This document shows positions 57,471 through 64,000 of a DNA stretch of 64,000 bases, in pieces. The notes beneath the pieces are model-generated. The model was not told the origin of the DNA. It worked only from the letters and a program-made list of their open reading frames with translations, and made no database searches. Within the stretch, counting starts at the first letter, position 1; each line of letters begins with the position of its first letter. The stretch spans positions 11,718,001-11,782,000 of the forward strand of contig OZ024741.1 of NCBI GenBank assembly GCA_964016885.1, read 5' to 3'. Made by a program: the position numbers and the translations under genes. Origin of the DNA: Eledone cirrhosa (taxonomy: Eukaryota).

Positions 57471-58729
57471 TGTCTGTGTCACTATATGTATGTGTCTGTG
57501 TCACTATATGTATGTCTCTGTGTCACTATATGTATGTCTCTGTGTCACTGTATGTATGTGTCTGTGTCACTATATGTATGTGTCTGTGTCACTGTATGTA
57601 TGTCTCTGTGTCACTATATGTATGTGTCTGTGTCACTATATGTATGTGTCTGTGTCACTATATGTATGTGTCTCTGTCACTATATGTATGTGTCTCTGTC
57701 ACTATATGTATGTGTCTGTGTCACTATATGTATGTGTCTGTGTCACTGTATGTATGTGTCTGTGTCACTATATGTATGTGTCTGTGTCACTATATGTATG
57801 TGTCTGTGTCACTATATGTATGTGTCTGTGTCACTATATGTATGTCTCTGTGTCACTATATGTATGTGTCTGTGTCACTATATGTATGTGTCTGTGTCAC
57901 TATATATATGTGTCTGTGTCATTATATTTATGTGTCTGTGTCACTGTATGTATGTGTCTGTGACACTGTATGTATGTGTCTGTGTCACTAAATGTATGTC
58001 TGTGTCACTATATGTTTGTGTGTCTGTGTCACTATATGTATGTGTCTGTGTCACTATATGTATGTGTCTGTGTCACTATATGTATGTGTCTGTGACACTA
58101 TATGTATGTCTCTGTGTCACTATATGTATGTGTCTGTGTCACTATATGTATGTGTCTGTGTCACTATATATATGTGTCTGTGTCACTATATGTATGTGTC
58201 TCTGTCACTATATGTATGTGTCTGTGTCACTATATGTATGTGTCTGTGTCATTATATGTATGTGTCTGTGTCACTATATGTATGTGTCTGTGTCACTATA
58301 TGTATGTGTCTTTGTCACTATATGTATGTGTCTGTGTCACTATATGTATGTCTCTGTCACTATATGTATGTGTCTGTGTCACTATATGTATGTGTCTCTG
58401 TCATTATGTATGTGTCTGTGTCACTATATGTATGTGTCTGTGTCACTATATGTTTGTGTCTGTGTTACTATATATATGTGTCTTTGTCACTATATGTATG
58501 TGTCTGTGCCACTATATGTATGTGTCTCTGTCACTATATGTTTGTATCTGTGTCACTATATGTATGTGTCTGTGTCACTATATGTATGTGTCTGTGTCAC
58601 TATATGTATGTGTCTTTGTCACTATATGTATGTGTCTGTGCCACTATATGTATGTGTCTCTGTCACTATATGTTTGTATCTGTGTCACTATATGTATGTG
58701 TCTGTGCCACTATATGTATGTGTCTGTGT

Positions 58730-61700
58730 CACTATATGTATGTGTCTGTGTCACTATATGTATGTCTGTGTCACTATATGTTTGTGTGTCTGTGTCACTA
58801 TATGTATGTGTCTGTGTTACTATATATATGTCTCTGTGTCACTGTATGTATGTGTCTGTGTCACTGTATGTATGTGTCTGTGTCACTATATGTATGTGTA
58901 TGTGTTACTATATATATGTCTCTGTGTCACTGTATGTATGTGTCTGTGTCACTGTATGTATGTGTCTGTGTCACTATATGTATGTGTCTGTGTCACTATA
59001 TGTATGTGTCTGTGTCACTGTATGTATGTGTCTGTGTCACTATATGTATGTCTGTGTCACTATATGTTTGTGTGTCTGTGTCACTATATGTATGTGTCTG
59101 TGTCACTATATATATGTCTCTGTGTCACTGTATGTATGTGTCTGTGTCACTGTATGTATGTGTCTGTGTCACTATATGTATGTGTCTGTGTCACTATATG
59201 TATGTCTCTGTGTCATTGTAAGTATGTGTCTGTGTCACTATATGTATGTGTCTGTGTCACTATATGTATGTGTCTGTGTCACTATATGTATGTCTCTGTG
59301 TCACTATATGTATGTCTCTGTGTCACTGTATGTATGTGTCTGTGTCACTATATGTATGTGTCTGTGTCACTGTATGTATGTCTCTGTGTCACTATATGTA
59401 TGTGTCTGTGTCACTATATGTATGTGTCTGTGTCACTATATGTATGTCTCTGTGTCACTATATGTATGTCTCTGTGTCACTGTATGTATGTATCTGTGGC
59501 ACTATATGTATGTGTCTGTGTCACTGTATGTATGTCTCTGTGTCACTATATGTATGTGTCTGTGTCACTGTATGTATGTGTCTGTGTCATTATATGTATG
59601 TGTCTGTGTCACTATATGTATCTGTCTGTGTCACTACATGTATGTGTCTGTGTCACTATATGTATGTGTCTGTGTCACTATATGTATGTGTCTGTGTCAC
59701 TATATGTATGTGTCTGTGTCACTATATGTATGTGTCTGTGTCACTATATGTATGTGTCTGTGTCACTATATGTATGTGTCTGTGTCACTATATGTATGTG
59801 TCTGTGTCACTATATGTATGTGTCTGTATCACTGTATGTATGTGTCTGTGTGACTATATGTATGTCTCTGTGTCACTATATGTATGTGTCTCTGTCACTA
59901 TATGCATGTATGTGTCTGTGTCACTATATGTATGTGTCTGTGTCACTATATGTATGTGTCTGTGTCACTATATGTATGTGTCTGTGTCACTGTATGTATG
60001 TGTCTGTGTCACTGTATGTATGTGTCTGTGTCACTATATGTATGTGTCTCTGTCACTATATGTATGTGTCTGTGTCACTATATGTATGTGTCTGTGTCAC
60101 TATATGTATGTGTCTGTGTCACTGTATGTATGTGTCTGTGTCACTATATGTATGTGTCTGTGTCACTATATGTATGTGTCTGTGTCACTATATGTATGTG
60201 TCTGTGTCACTATATGTATGTCTCTGTGTCACTATATGTATGTGTCTGTGCCACTATATGTATGTGTCTGTGTCACTATATGTATGTGTCTGTGTCACTA
60301 TATGTATGTGTCTGTGTCACTGTATATATGTGTCTGTGTCATTATATTTATGTGTCTGTGTCACTGTATGTATGTGTCTGTGTCACTGTATGTATGTGTC
60401 TGTGTCACTAAATGTATGTCTGTGTCACTATATGTTTGTGTGTCTGTGTCACTATATGTATGTGTCTGTGTCACTATATGTATGTGTCTGTGTCACTATA
60501 TGTATGTGTCTGTGACACTATATGTATGTCTCTGTGTCACTATATGTATGTGTCTGTGTCACTATATGTATGTGTCTGTGTCACTATATATATGTGTCTG
60601 TGTCACTATATGTATGTGTCTGTGTCATTATATGTATGTGTCTGTGTCACTATATGTATGTATCTGTGTCACTATATGTATGTGTCTTTGTCACTATATG
60701 TATGTGTCTGTGTCACTATATGTATGTGTCTCTGTCACTATATGTTTGTATCTGTGTCACTATATGTATGTGTCTGTGTCACTATATGTATGTGTCTGTG
60801 TCACTATATGTATGTGTCTTTGTCACTATATGTATGTGTCTGTGCCACTATATGTATGTGTCTCTGTCACTATATGTTTGTATCTGTGTCACTATATGTA
60901 TGTGTCTGTGTCACTATATGTATGTGTCTGTGTCACTATATGTATGTGTCTGTGTCACTATATGTATGTGTCTGTGTCACGATATGTATGTGTCTCTGTC
61001 ACTATATGTATGTGTCTGTGTCACTATATGTATGTGTCTGTGTCACTGTATGTATGTGTCTGTGTCACTATATGTATGTGTCTGTGTCACTATATGTATG
61101 TGTCTGTGTCACTGTAAGTATGTCTCTGTGTCACTATATGTATGTGTCTGTGTCACTATATGTATGTGTCTGTGTCACTATATGTATGTGTCTGTGTCAC
61201 TGTATGTATATGTCTGTGTCACTGTATGTATGTGTCTCTGTCACTATATGTATGTATGTGTCTGTGTCACTATATGTATGTGTCTGTATCACTGTATGTT
61301 TGTGTCTGTGTCACTATATGTATGTGTCTCTGTCACTATATGTATGTGTCTGTGTCACTGTATGTATGTGTCTGTGTCACTATATGGTTGTGTCTGTGTC
61401 ACTATATGTACGTGTCTGTGTCACTATATGTATGTGTCTGTGTCACTATATGTATGTGTCTGTGTCACTGTATGTATGTCTCTGTGTCACTATATGTATG
61501 TGTCTGTGTCACTATATGTTTGTGTCTGTGTCACTATATATATGTGTCTGTGTCACTATATGTATGTGTCTGTGTCACTGTATATATGTGTCTGTGTCAT
61601 TATATGTTTGTGTTTGTGTCACTATATGTATGTGTCTGTGTCACTATATGTATGTGTCTGTGTCACTATATGTATGTGTCTGTGTCACTGTATGTATGTG

Positions 61701-62250
61701 TCTGTGTCACTATATGTTTGTGTCTGTGTCACTATATGTATGTGTCTGTGTCACTATATGTATGTGTCTGTGTCACTGTATGTATGTGTCTGTGTCACTA
61801 TATGTATGTGTCTGTGTCACTATATGTATGTGTCTGTGTCACTATATGTATGTGTCTGTGTCACTGTATGTATGTGTCTGTGTCACTATATGTATGTGTC
61901 TGTGTCACTATATGTATGTGTCTGTGTCACTGTATGTATGTGCCTGTGTCACTGTATGTATGTGTCTGTGTCACTATATGTATGTGTCTGTGTCACTATA
62001 TGTATGTGTCTGTCACTATATGTATGTGTCTGTGTCACTGTATATATGTGTCTGTGTCACTATATTTATGTGTCTGTGTCACTGTATGTATGTGTCTGTG
62101 TCACTGTATGTATGTGTCTGTGTCACTATATGTATGTGTCTGTGTCACTATATGTATGTCTGTGTCACTATATGTTTGTGTGTCTGTGTCACTATATGTA
62201 TGTGTCTGTGTTACTATATATATGTCTCTGTGTCACTGTATGTATGTGTC
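58730..62250 (+). repeat. Long-range copy of the block at about 15100-18550 (offset 43,631-43,698)
   Basis: GTGTATGTGTTACT (A at 15269/58900) and the GCAT insertion (C at 16274/59905) are both at offset 43631. TAA 16779/60411 and TGA 16883/60515 are at 43632, matching the 1-bp deletion near 16738. The CTGTAAG stop 17419/61117 is at 43698 (+3 monomers). Confidence 0.8.
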
Positions 62251-64000
62251 TGTGTCACTGTATGTATGTGTCTGTGTCACTATATGTATGTGTCTGTGTT
62301 ACTATATATATGTCTCTGTGTCACTGTATGTATGTGTCTGTGTCACTGTATGTATGTGTCTGTGTCACTATATGTATGTGTCTGTGTCACTATATGTATG
62401 TGTCTGTGTCACTGTATGTATGTGTCTGTGTCACTATATGTATGTCTGTGTCACTATATGTTTGTGTGTCTGTGTCACTATATGTATGTGTCTGTGTCAC
62501 TATATGTATGTGTCTGTCACTATATGTATGTGTCTGTGTCACTGTATATATGTGTCTGTGTCACTATATTTATGTGTCTGTGTCACTGTATGTATGTGTC
62601 TGTGTCACTGTATGTATGTGTCTGTGTCACTATATGTATGTGTCTGTGTCACTATATGTATGTCTGTGTCACTATATGTTTGTGTGTCTGTGTCACTATA
62701 TGTATGTGTCTGTGTTACTATATATATGTCTCTGTGTCACTGTATGTATGTGTCTGTGTCACTATATGTATGTGTCTGTGTCACTGTATATATGTGTCTG
62801 TGTCATTATATTTATGTGTCTGTGTCACTGTATGTATGTGTCTGTGTCACTGTATGTATGTGTCTGTGTCACTAAATGTATGTCTGTGTCACTATGTGTT
62901 TGTGTGTCTGTGTCACTATATGTATGAGTCTGTGTCACTATATGTATGTGTCTGTGTCACTATATGTATGTGTCTGTGACACTATATGTATGTCTCTGTG
63001 TCACTATATGTATGTGTCTGTGTCACTATATGTATGTGTCTGTGTCACTATATATATGTGTCTGTGTCACTATATGTATGTGTCTGTGTCATTATATGTA
63101 TGTGTCTGTGTCACTATATGTATGTGTCTGTGTCACTATATGTATGTGTCTTTGTCACTATATGTATGTGTCTGTGTCACTATATGTATGTGTCTCTGTC
63201 ACTATATGTTTGTATCTGTGTCACTATATGTATGTGTCTGTGTCACTATATGTATGTGTCTGTGTCACTATATGTATGTGTCTGTGTCACTATATGTATG
63301 TGTCTCTGTCACTATATGTTTGTATCTGTGTCACTATATGTATGTGTCTGTGTCACTATATGTATGTGTCTGTGTCACTATATGTATGTGTCTGTGCCAC
63401 TATATGTATGTGTCTCTGTCACTATATGTTTGTATCTGTGTCACTATATGTATGTGTCTGTGTCACTATATGTATGTGTCTGTGTCACTATATGTATGTG
63501 TCTGTGTCACTATATGTATGTGTCTGTGTCACGATATGTATGTGTCTCTGTCACTATATGTATGTGTCTGTGTCACTATATGTATGTGTCTGTGTCACTG
63601 TATGTATGTGTCTGTGTCACTATATGTATGTGTCTGTGTCACTATATGCATGTGTCTGTGTCACTGTAAGTATGTCTCTGTGTCACTATATGTATGTGTC
63701 TGTGTCACTATATGTATGTGTCTGTGTCACTATATGTATGTGTCTGTGTCACTGTATGTATGTGTCTGTGTCACTGTATGTATGTGTCTCTGTCACTATA
63801 TGTATGTATGTGTCTGTGTCACTATATGTATGTGTCTGTATCACTGTATGTTTGTGTCTGTGTCACTATATGTATGTGTCTCTGTCACTATATGTATGTG
63901 TCTGTGTCACTGTATGTATGTGTCTGTGTCACTATATGGTTGTGTCTGTGTCACTATATGTACGTGTCTGTGTCACTATATGTATGTGTCTGTGTCACTA

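Larger units (their letters stand above)
1..64000 (+). repeat. Tandem satellite/minisatellite array, 22-bp monomer GTGTCACTATATGTATGTGTCT, about 2,900 copies, single orientation, truncated at both window ends
   Basis: Seen directly: the monomer recurs every 22 bp from position 1 to 64000 (e.g. 23-44), with mostly single-base variants and occasional 20, 21, 24, 26 or 28 bp monomers. Consensus composition is T10 G5 A4 C3 (36% GC) with no CpG. Confidence 0.99.

Noticed and set aside
1-63669. More than 100 long plus-strand ORFs (up to 2329 aa) as protein-coding genes, e.g. Cys-rich, metallothionein-like or membrane proteins
   Set aside because: They overlap in all three frames with the same peptide, the period of 22 is not a codon multiple, stops and frameshifts are copied freely, and there is no unique domain. 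They are a direct artefact of the repeat.
1-64000. CRISPR array
   Set aside because: The repeats are directly adjacent with no unique spacers, no leader and no cas genes.
1-64000. Telomerase-made repeat like the long TG-rich yeast telomere units (23 bp in Candida albicans, 25 bp in Kluyveromyces lactis)
   Set aside because: The consensus has no GG runs, the array is far longer than such telomeres, and variants are inherited in kb-scale duplicated blocks. That indicates recombination or replication copying rather than templated addition.
1-64000. Strong Z-DNA, G-quadruplex or cruciform-forming region
   Set aside because: Purine-pyrimidine alternation is broken every 13 bp or less in the consensus and is AT-rich with no CG steps. 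There are no G tracts, and the only inverted symmetry is the 3-bp-arm GTG-T-CAC and short TATA runs.
1-64000. TATA boxes or transcription-factor site arrays (TATATA variants, TGACA on the minus strand)
   Set aside because: Short motifs are inevitable in a repeated low-complexity monomer, and there is no gene or other evidence of regulatory use.
1-64000. Pure sequencing artefact or synthetic concatemer
   Set aside because: Rare variants recur in consistent, hierarchically nested patterns at exact offsets, and odd-length indels are few and shared between copies. This fits real evolved DNA, though copy numbers of the near-identical blocks still need read validation.

Overview
The whole 64 kb window is one uninterrupted, head-to-tail tandem array of a 22-bp monomer, consensus GTGTCACTATATGTATGTGTCT (reverse complement AGACACATACATATAGTGACAC). 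It holds about 2,900 copies (64000/22), all in the same orientation, and runs off both ends. I see no unique sequence, credible gene, RNA gene, mobile element or CRISPR array. The long plus-strand ORFs are artefacts: the monomer has no stop codon on the plus strand and 22 is not divisible by 3, so all three frames read the same 22-aa cycle. On the minus strand, TAG-TGA closes every frame. The real information is in the variant monomers, which reveal a nested duplication history. It runs from a 2-bp T lattice through 88-176 bp multimers and an irregular ~2.2 kb module to near-identical tandem blocks of 2624, 5172, ~4770, 2679 and ~6280 bp. There is also a long-range copy at an offset of 43,631 bp. 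This looks like eukaryotic satellite or giant-minisatellite DNA (inference); I cannot name the family or organism. I found no support for a new protein-coding system. All offsets were counted by hand from diagnostic variants and ORF stop coordinates, and block boundaries are approximate.
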